Counted from the first letter of the stretch, positions 10,368-21,374 are shown. The stretch: DNA of 64,000 nucleotides from an uncultured Hyphomicrobiales bacterium (GCA_964412955.1 CAYPQV010000020.1:3023-67022), one strand, 5' to 3'. Notes: generated from the letters alone by a model not told the origin. A program made the numbers and translations.

Positions 10368-11348
10368 ATGACCGTACTCGTCACCGGCGCCGCCGGGTTC
10401 ATCGGTTTTCACGTCGCCACGGCGCTGCTGGCGCGGGGCGAATCCGTGCTCGGGCTCGACAACCTCAACGCCTATTACGACGTGAAGCTGAAGGAGGCGC
10501 GGCTCGAACGGCTGCGCGCGGCCGGGAACTTCGCGTTCGTCCGCGCCGACGTCGCCGACGCGGACGCGCTCGCGGCCGCGTTCGCCGACCATCCCGCGAT
10601 CGATCGCGTCGTTCATCTCGCCGCCCAGGCCGGCGTGCGCCATTCGCTGAAGGAACCGATGGCCTATGTCCGCAGCAACGTCGGCGGCCAGGTCGCCCTG
10701 CTGGAGGCCTTCCGGCGAGTTCAAAAGCCGCGCCACTTCGTCTACGCCTCGTCGTCGTCGGTCTACGGCGGCAATACCAAGCTGCCGTTCTCGGTCCACG
10801 ACCGGACCGACTCGCCGCTTTCCCTCTATGCCGCGAGCAAGAAGGAACAGGAACTGATCGCCCACGCCTACGCGCATATCTGGCGCGTGCCGGTGACGGG
10901 CCTGCGCTTCTTTACCGTCTACGGGCCGTGGGGACGCCCCGACATGGCGGCCTATATCTTCGCCCGCCGGATCATGGCGGGCGAATCGATCCCGGTATTC
11001 AACAACGGCGACATGCGCCGCGACTTCACCTTCATCGACGACATCGTTTCCGGCGTACTCGCCGCCCTCGACCGTCCGCCCGCCGACGACGGCCGCCACC
11101 CGCCGGCGAAGCTCTACAATCTCGGCAACAGCCGTTCCGAGCCGTTGACGCGCTACATCGAGCTGATCGAAAGGGCGTTGGAGCGCAAGGCGTCCATGGA
11201 ACTGCTGCCGTTGCAGCCGGGCGACGTCACCGACACCTACGCCGATATCGAGGACAGCCGCCGCGATCTCGGCTTCGAGCCGCGCGTGACGATCGAAGAA
11301 GGGATTCCCCGCTTCATCGCCTGGTTCCGCGACTACCACAAGCCCTGA
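10368..11348 (+). CDS. NAD-dependent epimerase, UDP-glucuronate 4-epimerase-like
   Basis: GAAGFIG, HLAAQAGVR, YAASK, FTVYGPWGRPDMA. Confidence 0.92.
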   Translation: MTVLVTGAAGFIGFHVATALLARGESVLGLDNLNAYYDVKLKEARLERLRAAGNFAFVRADVADADALAAAFADHPAIDRVVHLAAQAGVRHSLKEPMAYVRSNVGGQVALLEAFRRVQKPRHFVYASSSSVYGGNTKLPFSVHDRTDSPLSLYAASKKEQELIAHAYAHIWRVPVTGLRFFTVYGPWGRPDMAAYIFARRIMAGESIPVFNNGDMRRDFTFIDDIVSGVLAALDRPPADDGRHPPAKLYNLGNSRSEPLTRYIELIERALERKASMELLPLQPGDVTDTYADIEDSRRDLGFEPRVTIEEGIPRFIAWFRDYHKP

Positions 11349-11351
11349 AAC

Positions 11352-13154
11352 TCAGCGGTACAACGCTTCCAGCTTCTCGCCGTAGACCGCGCGCAGCTTG
11401 TGACGCCGGATTTTGAGCGTCGGGGTCAACAAGCCGTTCTCGGTGGTGAAGGGTTCGGGGGCGACCAGGACGCGGCGGATTTTTTCGATCGGCGACAGTC
11501 CGGCGTTGACCCGGTCGACGGCGGCGGCGAGCGCGGCGGCGAGGTCCGGGTCGGCGGCGAGCGCCGCCGCGTCCTCGGTCTTGTTCCGGGCGCGCGCCCA
11601 GCCGCGCAGCCATTCGCCGTCCGGCACCAGCAGCGCGACCAGGTGGGGATGGCGGTCGCCGTAGACCATCGCCTGGCCGATTTCGTCTTCGAGCGTGAGC
11701 AGGCCCTCGATGCGTTGGGGCGAGACGTTGTCGCCGCCGGACACGACGATGATATCCTTCTTGCGGTCGGTGATGACGAGATGGCCGTCGTCGTCGAAAT
11801 GGCCGATGTCGCCGGTGTGCAGCCAGCCGTCGCGGATCGCCTCGCGCGTCGCCGCCTCGTTGTTCCAATAGCCCAACATCACCAGTTCGCCGCGCGCCAG
11901 GATTTCGCCGTCGCCGGCGATCCGCACCTCGGTGTCCGCGAGCGGCGGGCCGACCGAGTGCATCTTGGCCCCGCTCGGGCGGTTGACGCTGATGACCGGC
12001 GCGGATTCGGTCTGGCCGTAGCCCTGCAGGATGCGCAGGCCGAGCGCGGTGAAATAAAGCCCGATCTCGGGGTTGAGCGGCGCGCCGCCCGACACCAGCG
12101 CCTTGAGGCGCCCGCCGAAACGGGCGCGTACCTTGTCGCGCACCAGCCGATCGAGCAGCCGATCGAACAGGCGCGCGCCGAAGCCGAGCGCGTTCGCGTC
12201 CAGATACTTCCGTCGCCCCAGGTCGAGGGCCTTGGCGAACAGGAACCGGCGCAGCGCGCCGCTCTTGGCGATCCCGCGCGAGATGCGCGCGTGCAGGGTT
12301 TCGTAGAGGCGCGGGACCGCGGTCATGATGGTCGGGCGCGTTTCGACCATGTTGGAGGCGAGCGCCTCGATGCTTTCGGCGTAATAAATCTCGGCGCCGA
12401 TGGACATGGGGAAGAACTGCCCGCCGGTGTGCTCGTAGGAATGCGACAGCGGCAGGAAGGACAGGAAGACCTCGCGCTCGATTCCGAGTTCGGCCAGGGC
12501 GAGGCCGGCGCCGCGGCAGTTGTGGAGGATGGCGCCATGGCTCAAGACGACGCCCTTGGGCACGCCGCCGGTGCCCGACGTGTAAATGATGCAGGCCGGG
12601 CGCGAACGCGGCCACGACCAGGCTTTTTCGACCACGTTTTCATGCCGCGCGCGCCCGGTTTCGATCAGTTGGTCGAGATGGATAAGACGCGGGCCGCGCC
12701 TCGGGGCATCGGGCGGCGGGTCCATGGCGGCGATGAAGCGGAGGTCGGGGGCCTGCTCAGCGGCGGCGGCGAGCCGTTCCGCGAACCGGCGCTGGGAAAC
12801 GATCGCGCCCTTCGCGCCGCTGTCGTGCAGGATGTGGGCATAATCGGCGACGGTGTTGGTGATGTAGGCCGGCACCGTGATGCCGCCGATCGCCATGATG
12901 GCGAGATCCGCGATCGCCCACGCCGGGCGGTTTTCGGATGCCAGCACGACCCGGTCGCCCGGCTCGATCCCGGCGGCGATCAGGCCGCGGGCCAGCGCGC
13001 TCACCCGCGCCGCCGCGTCGCCCCAGCTGAGCGGGCGCCACACGCCCTCCCGCTTGCCCCACAGGAAGGGGCGGTCGCCGAGCGTATCGACCTGGTCGAA
13101 GAACATGGCCGCGAGATTCGGCCAGCGTTCGAAACGATCGCTTGCGGCGTGCAT
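11352..13154 (-). CDS. Long-chain fatty acid-CoA ligase
   Basis: YTSGTGGVPKGV, QGYGQTE, WLHTGDIG, LLTPTLKIRR. Confidence 0.92.
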   Translation of the reverse strand: MHAASDRFERWPNLAAMFFDQVDTLGDRPFLWGKREGVWRPLSWGDAAARVSALARGLIAAGIEPGDRVVLASENRPAWAIADLAIMAIGGITVPAYITNTVADYAHILHDSGAKGAIVSQRRFAERLAAAAEQAPDLRFIAAMDPPPDAPRRGPRLIHLDQLIETGRARHENVVEKAWSWPRSRPACIIYTSGTGGVPKGVVLSHGAILHNCRGAGLALAELGIEREVFLSFLPLSHSYEHTGGQFFPMSIGAEIYYAESIEALASNMVETRPTIMTAVPRLYETLHARISRGIAKSGALRRFLFAKALDLGRRKYLDANALGFGARLFDRLLDRLVRDKVRARFGGRLKALVSGGAPLNPEIGLYFTALGLRILQGYGQTESAPVISVNRPSGAKMHSVGPPLADTEVRIAGDGEILARGELVMLGYWNNEAATREAIRDGWLHTGDIGHFDDDGHLVITDRKKDIIVVSGGDNVSPQRIEGLLTLEDEIGQAMVYGDRHPHLVALLVPDGEWLRGWARARNKTEDAAALAADPDLAAALAAAVDRVNAGLSPIEKIRRVLVAPEPFTTENGLLTPTLKIRRHKLRAVYGEKLEALYR

Positions 13155-13256
13155 GGAATCCCTCGAATTCACGGTTCCGCGCGCATGGTTCGTTTACCGT
13201 TGCCTCCGGACTAATCCAACCGTATAGCTCTGGCGTTGCAAGGAGATTTTCCGTTC

Positions 13257-15056
13257 ATGGCCCGGTCTTCCCGAACACGGCGATCCGCGGGCGCCGCCAA
13301 AATCAAGGCGCCGCCGCGCTGGTCGCTGGCCGATCTCTACGCCGGCCCGGATGACCCCCGGATCGAAAGCGACCTCGCCTGGGTGGAAACGCAATCGCGG
13401 GAGATGGAGCGGCGCTGGCGCGGACGCGTCGCGAGTCTCGCCGGCGCCGAACTGGGCGAAGCGGCGGCGGCCTACGACGCGATCGCCGATCGCCGCGCGA
13501 AAATCCACGCCTACGCGTCGCTGCGCCACGCCGCCGATCTCGCCGACCCGGAAACCGGCCGGTTGCTGCAGAACGCCACCGAACGGCTGACCGACGCGGC
13601 CAAGCACACCCTGTTTCTGACCCTCGAACTCAATCGGATGGAGGAAGGCGCGCTCGCCCGCGCGCTCGAAGACCCGGCCGCCCGGCGTTACGCGCCCTGG
13701 GTGCGCGACACGCGGGTCTTTCGCGACCATCAGCTCTCCGACGAATTGGAAAATTTCGAACTCGACCGTTCCGCCACCGATGGCTCCTGGTCGCGCCTGT
13801 TCGACGAGACGCTCGCCGGGATGCGCTTTCGCGTCGGCGCCAAGACGCTGACCATCTCCGGCATCCTCGATCGTCTCTCCGACCCCAGGCGCGCCATGCG
13901 CCGCCGGGCGGCGCGCGCGCTGGCCGATGGGCTGGCCGCGCGCAAGTCCCTGTTCGCGTTGGTTCTCAACACGCTGGCCAAGGACAAGGAGATTTCCGAC
14001 CGCTGGCGTAAATATCCAAGCCCGCTCGCCTACCGCAATCTCGCCAATCAGGTCGAGGACGAGGTGGTGACGGCGCTCGTCGATTCGGTGCGCGAATCCT
14101 TTCCGCGCCTGGCGCACCGCTATTACCGGCTGAAAGCGCGCATGCTGGGACTGCGCTCGCTCGAGTACTGGGACCGCAACGCGCCGTTGCCCAAGGTTCC
14201 GGTCCGCGTCTACGGCTGGGGCGAGGCCGAGGCGATCGTGCTCGACGCCTTCCGCGCCTTTTCGCCGCCCATGGCGGACGTCGCCCGGCGCTTCTTCAGG
14301 GAACGCTGGATCGACGCGGCGCCCGCGCCAGGCAAGGATTCCGGCGCGTTCTCCCATCCCACGGCGCCGTCGGTCCATCCTCACATCCTGATGAATTTTC
14401 ACGGCCGCGCCCGCGACGTGATGACGCTCGCCCACGAACTCGGCCACGGCGTGCATCAGGTCCTCGCCGCGCCGCAAGGCGCGCTGATGGCGGACGCGCC
14501 GCTGACGTTGGCCGAAACCGCCTCGGTGTTCGGCGAGATGCTGGTGTTCCAGGCGATGCTGCGCGCCGAGACCAACCCGGCGCGTCGGCGCGTGCTGCTC
14601 GCCGGCAAGATCGAGGACATGCTCAACACGGTCGTACGCCAGGTCGCGTTCCACGAATTCGAGCGTCGTTTTCACGACGCGCGCCGTTCGGGCGAACTGA
14701 CGCCCGAAAGCATCGGCGAAATCTGGCTCGACGTGCAGCGCGAAAGCCTCGGCCCCGCGTTCCGCTTCGCGCCCGAGTACCGCTGGTACTGGGCCTACAT
14801 CCCCCATTTCGTCCATTCGCCGTTTTACGTTTACGCCTACGCTTTCGGCGATTGCCTGGTGAACGCGCTCTATTCGGTCTACCGCGGCGGCCATCCCGGG
14901 TTCGAGGGCAAGTATCTCGACATGCTCGCCGCGGGCGGGACGCTGCGCCACCGCGAACTGCTGGCCCCGTTCGGGCTCGACGCCGGCGATCCGGCGTTCT
15001 GGCGGCGCGGCCTCGACGTGGTTGCCGGTTTGATCGACGAGCTGGAGGCGGCGTGA
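13257..15056 (+). CDS. M3 family oligoendopeptidase F
   Basis: TLAHELGHGVH zinc motif, LAETAS, PHFVHSPFYVYAY. Confidence 0.92.
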   Translation: MARSSRTRRSAGAAKIKAPPRWSLADLYAGPDDPRIESDLAWVETQSREMERRWRGRVASLAGAELGEAAAAYDAIADRRAKIHAYASLRHAADLADPETGRLLQNATERLTDAAKHTLFLTLELNRMEEGALARALEDPAARRYAPWVRDTRVFRDHQLSDELENFELDRSATDGSWSRLFDETLAGMRFRVGAKTLTISGILDRLSDPRRAMRRRAARALADGLAARKSLFALVLNTLAKDKEISDRWRKYPSPLAYRNLANQVEDEVVTALVDSVRESFPRLAHRYYRLKARMLGLRSLEYWDRNAPLPKVPVRVYGWGEAEAIVLDAFRAFSPPMADVARRFFRERWIDAAPAPGKDSGAFSHPTAPSVHPHILMNFHGRARDVMTLAHELGHGVHQVLAAPQGALMADAPLTLAETASVFGEMLVFQAMLRAETNPARRRVLLAGKIEDMLNTVVRQVAFHEFERRFHDARRSGELTPESIGEIWLDVQRESLGPAFRFAPEYRWYWAYIPHFVHSPFYVYAYAFGDCLVNALYSVYRGGHPGFEGKYLDMLAAGGTLRHRELLAPFGLDAGDPAFWRRGLDVVAGLIDELEAA

Positions 15057-16408
15057 GCGCCAAGCGCGGCGGCAGCGAAGACTCGATCCGGCGGCGCGCG
15101 ATGCGGGTCGCGCGGGTCGGCACGGCCATGGGCGGCATCGCCGCCAAGGCGGCCGGTCGGCGTCTGCTGCGCCGCCGCCCCGATGCCGCGGCGGACGCCG
15201 CCGCCCTCAAGGGCGTTCTCGGCGCGCTCAAGGGCCCCTTGATGAAGGTCGGGCAGATTCTCTCGACCGTGCCCGACCTGCTGCCGCCGGAATACACCGC
15301 CGAACTGGCCCAGTTGCAGACCAACGCGCCGAGCATGGGATGGGCCTTCGTGCGCCGGCGCATGGCGGCGGAACTGGGCGCGGATTGGCGATCGCGCTTC
15401 CGTTCCTTCGAGCCGGTCGCGGCCGCCGCCGCCTCGCTCGGCCAGGTGCATCGCGCGACCTCCCTCGACGGCAGGCTGCTCGCCTGCAAGATCCAGTATC
15501 CCGACATGGGCGCGGCGGTGGAAGCGGATCTCGCCCAGCTCAAGCTCGCGTTCGCGGTTTATCGCCGCGTCGATCGCGCCATCGACACGTCCAGGATTCA
15601 CGAGGAGCTGTCGGCGCGCCTGCGCGAGGAACTCGATTACCGGCGCGAGGCGCGCAACATGCGGCTCTACCGCGCGATGCTCGAACCGGAAAAGACGGTC
15701 CATGTCCCCGAGCCGGTCGCCGATCTCTCCACCGGGCGGCTGCTGACCATGAACTGGCTCGAGGGCCGGCCGCTCAAGAGCTTCATCGACGCTCCGCTCA
15801 AGCTCCGCAACGCGCTCGCGCACAACATGTTCCGCGCGTGGTACGTGCCGTTCTACGAGTACGGCGTGATCCATGGCGATCCGCACCTCGGCAACTACAC
15901 GGCCCGGCCCGACGGCGACATCAATCTGCTCGACTTCGGCTGCATCCGCGTCTTCCGTCCGCCGTTCATCCGCGCGGTGATCGATCTCTACTACGCGTTG
16001 CGCGACGACGACGAGGAATTGGCGGTCTCCGCCTACCGCACCTGGGGATTCAAGAGCCTCGACCGCCGGCTGATCGCGATCCTGAGCCAGTGGGCGCGCT
16101 TCCTCTACGGCCCGCTGATGGAGGACAAGGTGCAGAAGATCCAGGACACCGGCGACACCGCCTACGGCGCGCGCGTCGCCGGCAAGGTGCACCGCGAGCT
16201 GCGCGAATACGGCGGCGTGACGCCGCCGCGCGAGTTCGTGCTGATGGATCGCGCCGCGGTCGGCCTGGGCAGCGTGTTCACCCACCTCAAGGCCGAGGTC
16301 AACTGGCACCGCCTGTTCCACGACCTGATCAAGGGTTTCGACGAAAAGGTCCTGGACGAGCGCCAGCGCGGGATTTTGGCCCGGTTCGACATTCCCCCGT
16401 CGGACTGA
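15053..16408 (+). CDS. ABC1/UbiB family atypical kinase
   Basis: KVGQ, AAASLGQVH, HGDPHLGN, LLDFG. Confidence 0.9.
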   Translation: MSAKRGGSEDSIRRRAMRVARVGTAMGGIAAKAAGRRLLRRRPDAAADAAALKGVLGALKGPLMKVGQILSTVPDLLPPEYTAELAQLQTNAPSMGWAFVRRRMAAELGADWRSRFRSFEPVAAAAASLGQVHRATSLDGRLLACKIQYPDMGAAVEADLAQLKLAFAVYRRVDRAIDTSRIHEELSARLREELDYRREARNMRLYRAMLEPEKTVHVPEPVADLSTGRLLTMNWLEGRPLKSFIDAPLKLRNALAHNMFRAWYVPFYEYGVIHGDPHLGNYTARPDGDINLLDFGCIRVFRPPFIRAVIDLYYALRDDDEELAVSAYRTWGFKSLDRRLIAILSQWARFLYGPLMEDKVQKIQDTGDTAYGARVAGKVHRELREYGGVTPPREFVLMDRAAVGLGSVFTHLKAEVNWHRLFHDLIKGFDEKVLDERQRGILARFDIPPSD

Positions 16409-16459
16409 ATGGTGCTAGACTAGCCTTATAATAACGCCAATAACGGGAAGGAGCGCGGG

Positions 16460-16783
16460 ATGGTCATCACCACCACGGACAACGTGGACGGTCGCAAAAT
16501 CGCGGCCTACCTCGGCCTGGTTTCCGGCGAGGCGGTGATGGGCACCAACATCTTCCGCGACCTGTTCGCCAGCGTCCGCAACATCGTCGGCGGCCGCTCG
16601 GAGGCCTACGAAAAAGAATTGAAGAGCGGGCGCGAAGCCGCGATCGCGGTCCTGACGGAACAGGCCCGGGCCCTCGGCGCCGACGCCGTGGTCGGGGTCG
16701 ACCTCGACTACGAGGTGATCGGCGGCGACGGCAAGACGATGCTGATGGTCAGCGTCAACGGCACCGCGGTCAAGCTGGCTTAG
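16460..16783 (+). CDS. YbjQ/UPF0145 family protein
   Basis: [30 protein letters not shown]. Confidence 0.9.
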   Translation: MVITTTDNVDGRKIAAYLGLVSGEAVMGTNIFRDLFASVRNIVGGRSEAYEKELKSGREAAIAVLTEQARALGADAVVGVDLDYEVIGGDGKTMLMVSVNGTAVKLA

Positions 16784-16815
16784 GCGCCGCGCACGCGTCG
16801 GTCCGGGGGGTCTCC

Positions 16816-17403
16816 ATGGAGCGGCTCAACGTCAAGAAGGACGCTTTCGTCTTCAGCGAAGGGGACCGGGGCGACGCCGCTTATGTCGTCGATCTGGGAT
16901 CGATCGCCATCGTCAAGTCCGTCGACGGCGAACCGGTGCGTCTCGCCACCGTCAGGCAAGGCGGCATGTTCGGGGAAATGGCGATCCTCGACGGCTCGCC
17001 GCGCATGGCCAGCGCGCAGGCGATCGAGGATTCGACCCTTATCGTCGTCCCGCGCCACGCGATCGAATCGAAGCTCGGCAAATCCGAACCAGCGCTGCGG
17101 ACCGTGTTCCGGGTTCTGGTGCAGAACCTGCGCAACGTGCATCACGCCTACATCAAGCGTCCGCGCAGCACCCAGGACTTTCTCAATCTGATCGAATTCA
17201 ATCTCACCAGCCTCGGCGCCTACATGGACAAGACCGAGGACCGCACGCTGGCCGACGCGACGCGCGGGCCGATGCGCTCGATCGCCATGGCCCTGCTCGA
17301 CCTCAGGCGCCTGTTCGACGGGCACGCCGATCGGCGCAGCAGCGTGCTGGAGGAAGCGGAACTGGTGGTGCCCCGGAAACAGGCTAAACACGGCGGCGAT
17401 TAA
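16816..17403 (+). CDS. Cyclic-nucleotide-binding domain protein
   Basis: FSEGDRGD, FGEMAILDGSPRMASA. Confidence 0.85.
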   Translation: MERLNVKKDAFVFSEGDRGDAAYVVDLGSIAIVKSVDGEPVRLATVRQGGMFGEMAILDGSPRMASAQAIEDSTLIVVPRHAIESKLGKSEPALRTVFRVLVQNLRNVHHAYIKRPRSTQDFLNLIEFNLTSLGAYMDKTEDRTLADATRGPMRSIAMALLDLRRLFDGHADRRSSVLEEAELVVPRKQAKHGGD

Positions 17404-17509
17404 TATTTTTCTCGTCGCGACCGCTTGCTTTGCGCCGCCGGGCGCGGCATAACCAGCCCCTATCGAGCCTTAACCCGACCCGCTTGCCCAGCACCGACGA
17501 CCGACCATC

Positions 17510-18646
17510 ATGAAAATCGCTGTTCCCAAGGAAATCCGTCCGGGCGAACGCCGGGTCGCCGCCTCGCCCGACGCGGTCAAGAAACTCGCCGCCCTCGGCG
17601 TCGAGACGGTGATCGAAGCGGGCGCGGGCGCCGGCAGCGCGTTCGCCGACGACGCGTTCAAGGCCGCGGGCGCGACCGTGGTGCCGACGGCGGCCGAGGC
17701 GTTCGGGCGGGCGGACATGATCTGGAAGGTGCGCGCGCCCCAGGCGGGCGAAATCGCGGCCATGAAGAAAGGCGCGATCCTGGTCGCCCACATGGCGTCG
17801 TTGACCGACCGCGCCGGGGTCCAGGCCTGCGCCGATGCCGGGCTCACCGCCTTCGCCATGGAATTGATGCCGCGCATCACCCGCGCGCAAAGCATGGACA
17901 TTCTCTCCTCGCAATCCAATCTCGCCGGCTACCGCGCCGTGATCGAGGCGGCGTCCGAATTCGGCCGCGGCTTCCCGATGATGATGACGGCGGCGGGCAC
18001 CGTGGCTCCGGCCAAGGCGTTCATCATGGGCGTCGGGGTCGCCGGCCTGCAGGCGATCGCCACCGCCAAGCGCATGGGCGCGGTGGTGACGGCCTACGAC
18101 GTCCGCGCCGCGACCAAGGAGCAGGTCGAAAGCCTCGGCGGCAAGTTCGTGGTGGTGGACGAGGAAGCGATGAAATCCGCCCAGACCGCGGGCGGCTACG
18201 CCAAGGAGATGAGCGAGGACTACAAAAAGAAAGAGCAGGCGGTCATCGCCGAACACATCAAGAAGCAGGACATCGTCATCACCACCGCCCTGATTCCGGG
18301 CAAGCGCGCGCCGATTTTGGTGACCGAAGACATGGTCCGCTCCATGGCGCCGGGTTCGGTCATCGTCGATCTCGCGGTCGAGGCGGGCGGCAACGTCGCG
18401 GGGGCCGAGGCCGACAAGGTCGCGGTCAAGGGGGGCGTCAAGATCGTCGGCTACACCGACATGCCGAGCCGTATCGCGGCCGACGCCAGCGCGCTGTTCG
18501 CGCGCAATCTGCTCAATTTCCTCACGCCGATGATCGACAAGTCGACCAAGGCGCTCGCCATCAACTGGGACGACGAGATCGTCAAGGGCACGCTGGTGAC
18601 CCGCGACGGCAAGATCGTTCACCCCGTGCTCGCGGGAGGAGGCTGA
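17510..18646 (+). CDS. pntAA: NAD(P) transhydrogenase alpha subunit part 1
   Basis: [39 protein letters not shown]. Confidence 0.95.
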   Translation: MKIAVPKEIRPGERRVAASPDAVKKLAALGVETVIEAGAGAGSAFADDAFKAAGATVVPTAAEAFGRADMIWKVRAPQAGEIAAMKKGAILVAHMASLTDRAGVQACADAGLTAFAMELMPRITRAQSMDILSSQSNLAGYRAVIEAASEFGRGFPMMMTAAGTVAPAKAFIMGVGVAGLQAIATAKRMGAVVTAYDVRAATKEQVESLGGKFVVVDEEAMKSAQTAGGYAKEMSEDYKKKEQAVIAEHIKKQDIVITTALIPGKRAPILVTEDMVRSMAPGSVIVDLAVEAGGNVAGAEADKVAVKGGVKIVGYTDMPSRIAADASALFARNLLNFLTPMIDKSTKALAINWDDEIVKGTLVTRDGKIVHPVLAGGG

Positions 18647-18647
18647 C

Positions 18648-19058
18648 ATGGACACCAGCCAGGTCGCCGGGCACGCCGCCCGCCTCGCCGAGGAAGCCGC
18701 CAGGCTGGCGGCGTCCGCCGGCAAGTTGGCCGCCGAAACCGCCCAGCTTTCGGGCGCGGCCTCGGGCGGAGGCGATCCGTTCCTCGCGCTGTTCACCGTG
18801 TTCGTGCTCGCCTGCTTCGTCGGCTTCTACGTGGTGTGGAGCGTGACGCCCGCGCTGCATTCGCCGCTGATGGCGGTGACCAACGCGATTTCCTCGGTGA
18901 TCGTGGTCGGCGGCCTGCTGGCGGCGGGTCCCCAGGACATGAATTTCGCCAAAGTCATGGGCTTTCTCGCGGTGACGCTCGCCTCGGTCAACATCTTCGG
19001 CGGGTTCATCGTGACCCAACGCATGCTCGGCATGTTCAAGAAGAAAGCGAAGAAGTAG
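18648..19058 (+). CDS. pntAB: NAD(P) transhydrogenase alpha subunit part 2
   Basis: [31 protein letters not shown]. Confidence 0.95.
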   Translation: MDTSQVAGHAARLAEEAARLAASAGKLAAETAQLSGAASGGGDPFLALFTVFVLACFVGFYVVWSVTPALHSPLMAVTNAISSVIVVGGLLAAGPQDMNFAKVMGFLAVTLASVNIFGGFIVTQRMLGMFKKKAKK

Positions 19059-19068
19059 GAGCGGGGCC

Positions 19069-20463
19069 ATGGGCGCGGGCATGAGCGGAACGGCGTATCT
19101 GATCGCCTCGGTGCTGTTCATCCTGGCGTTGCGGGGCCTGAGCTCGCCCGAAAGCGCGCGCACCGGCAACCTGTTCGGCATCGCCGGCATGGTGGTGGCG
19201 GTGATCGCGACGCTGGCCGATCCCGGCGTCCTCTCCTACGGCATGATCATCCTCGCGATCCTGATCGGCGGCTCGATCGGCACCGTGGTCGCGCTCAAGA
19301 TCAACATGACCGCGCTGCCCCAGCTGGTCGCGGCGTTCCACAGCCTGGTCGGCATGGCGGCGGTGTTCGTGGCGGCGGCCGCGTTCTACAACCCGCAGGC
19401 GTTCGCCATCGGCGCGCCGGGCGCGATCAAGACCGCGAGCCTGATCGAAATGGCGCTCGGCACCGCGATCGGCGCCGTCACCTTCTCGGGCTCGGTGATC
19501 GCGTTCGCCAAGCTGCAGGGGATCATGAGCGGCGCGCCGATCACGTTTCCCGGCCAGCACAAGCTGAACGCCGCCCTCGGGGCGGCCATCGTCCTGCTCA
19601 CGGTCATGTTGATCGTCAGTCAGTCGGCGTCCGTGTTCTGGCTGCTGGTGTTGCTGTCGCTCCTGATCGGATTTCTGCTCATCATTCCGATCGGCGGCGC
19701 CGACATGCCGGTGGTGGTGTCGATGCTCAACTCGTATTCGGGTTGGGCGGCGTGCGGCATCGGCTTCACGCTTTCCAACCCGGCGCTGATCATCGTCGGC
19801 GCGCTGGTCGGCTCCTCGGGCGCGATCCTCAGCTACATCATGTGCAAGGGGATGAACCGCTCGATCATCAACGTGCTGCTCGGCGGTTTCGGCGGCGAAA
19901 CCGCGGGCCCGGCGGCGGCGGCGGGCGGGGGCGACCGCAACGTCAAGGCGGGCAGCGCCGAGGACGCGGCATTCCTGATGAAGAACGCCTCCAAGGTCAT
20001 CGTCGTGCCCGGCTACGGCATGGCGGTGGCGCAGGCCCAGCACGCGCTGCGCGAAATGGCCGACAAGCTCAAGGCCGAGGGCTGCGAGGTCAAGTACGCC
20101 ATCCACCCGGTCGCGGGGCGCATGCCCGGGCACATGAACGTGTTGCTGGCGGAAGCGAACGTGCCCTACGACGAAGTGTTCGAGCTCGAGGAAATCAACC
20201 ACGAATTCGCCACCGCCGACGTCGTCTACGTGATCGGCGCCAACGACGTGACCAACCCGGCGGCCAAAACCGATCCCAAGAGCCCGATCTACGGCATGCC
20301 GGTGCTCGACGTGGAGAAGGCGAAGGCGGTGCTGTTCGTCAAGCGCTCGATGGCGTCCGGCTACGCCGGTGTCGACAACGAACTCTTCTTCCGCGGCAAC
20401 ACCATGATGCTGTTCGGCGACGCCAAGAAGATGACCGAGGAGATCGTCGTCGCCCTCGGCTGA
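19069..20463 (+). CDS. pntB: NAD(P) transhydrogenase beta subunit
   Basis: IGGADMPVV, HPVAGRMPGHMNVLLAEA, GANDVTNPAA. Confidence 0.97.
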   Translation: MGAGMSGTAYLIASVLFILALRGLSSPESARTGNLFGIAGMVVAVIATLADPGVLSYGMIILAILIGGSIGTVVALKINMTALPQLVAAFHSLVGMAAVFVAAAAFYNPQAFAIGAPGAIKTASLIEMALGTAIGAVTFSGSVIAFAKLQGIMSGAPITFPGQHKLNAALGAAIVLLTVMLIVSQSASVFWLLVLLSLLIGFLLIIPIGGADMPVVVSMLNSYSGWAACGIGFTLSNPALIIVGALVGSSGAILSYIMCKGMNRSIINVLLGGFGGETAGPAAAAGGGDRNVKAGSAEDAAFLMKNASKVIVVPGYGMAVAQAQHALREMADKLKAEGCEVKYAIHPVAGRMPGHMNVLLAEANVPYDEVFELEEINHEFATADVVYVIGANDVTNPAAKTDPKSPIYGMPVLDVEKAKAVLFVKRSMASGYAGVDNELFFRGNTMMLFGDAKKMTEEIVVALG

Positions 20464-21032
20464 TGCGGGAGACATTCCGCATGCGCCCGATGGTCGCCTT
20501 TGCTGGTCCGGCCGTTCTCGCGCTGGCGCTCGCCGCGGGGCTCGGCGGCGACGCGCGCGGCCAGGGCCGGGGCGAGGGCCGCGGCCTCGGCCCCTTCGGC
20601 GAGGGTTCGGGGCGCGCGCACGCGGTTTTCAAGAAGAATTGCCAGGAGTGCCATAGTCACCTCGGCGAGGTCGCCTACGACAACCTCGCGGTCAGGGACG
20701 GGCGCCTGGTCAGCCGGAAAAGCGGGCGCGACGCGACCGAGTTTCTTCTCCGCCATGGAAACGGGCTGAGCCCGGAGGACGCCGGCCTGGTGGCGGAGGC
20801 CATGCGGCGTCAGATGGACAGCGCGCATCGGTTCCGACGGCAGTGCGCCATTTGCCACGTGCGCATTCGCGACGTGGCCGCCGAATTGGGCGTCACCGCC
20901 GACGGGCGCTTGATCGGACTGTATTCGGGCCGCGACATGGCCGAGTTCTTGCCGGGCCACGGCCGCCTGGACGCCGCCGACGCCGATCGCTTCGCGCGCA
21001 TCCTCAGGCGCACGGTCGAGGGCCGGGACTAG
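20463..21032 (+). CDS. Putative exported dihaem c-type cytochrome
   Basis: Signal-peptide-like N-terminus; CQECH and CAICH within two internal repeats; ATG overlaps pntB TGA (alternative start 20481). Confidence 0.75.
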   Translation: MRETFRMRPMVAFAGPAVLALALAAGLGGDARGQGRGEGRGLGPFGEGSGRAHAVFKKNCQECHSHLGEVAYDNLAVRDGRLVSRKSGRDATEFLLRHGNGLSPEDAGLVAEAMRRQMDSAHRFRRQCAICHVRIRDVAAELGVTADGRLIGLYSGRDMAEFLPGHGRLDAADADRFARILRRTVEGRD

Positions 21033-21038
21033 CCGGTC

Positions 21039-21374
21039 TTAAACCGGAAAGCGGAACTGTTCGGGCCGGACCGTGGCGCCTCCGTCGCTCTTGCGCCGCC
21101 CGCCGCGCGAGCGGAGCTTCGCGTTCTCCTCCTCCAGGAAACGGGTCTGCAGGGCCAGCCGCACGGCCTGGGCGGAAATGCCCTGGACGCCGTGGACGAA
21201 CCAGTCCTGGACGGTGCGGCGGTGGCAGTCGAGCACCTCGGCGAGCCGGTCGGCGTAGCGCGCGAGCGTCATCCCCGGACCGAACAGGGCGATGCAGGCC
21301 GCGCGCACGTCCTCGGGCTTCATCCGCGCCGGCGGGCGGCCACCGGCGGGAACTTTGGAGCGTAACCGCGCCAT
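21039..21374 (-). CDS. Small hypothetical protein, possible HTH DNA-binding
   Basis: LAEVLDCHRRTVQDW resembles an HTH; GAGGGA upstream of ATG. Confidence 0.55.
   Translation of the reverse strand: MARLRSKVPAGGRPPARMKPEDVRAACIALFGPGMTLARYADRLAEVLDCHRRTVQDWFVHGVQGISAQAVRLALQTRFLEEENAKLRSRGGRRKSDGGATVRPEQFRFPV

Noticed and set aside
6928..10371. Long antisense ORFs (1147 aa here and many similar ones across the window)
   Set aside because: Shadows of real genes caused by high GC and codon bias; no recognisable motifs
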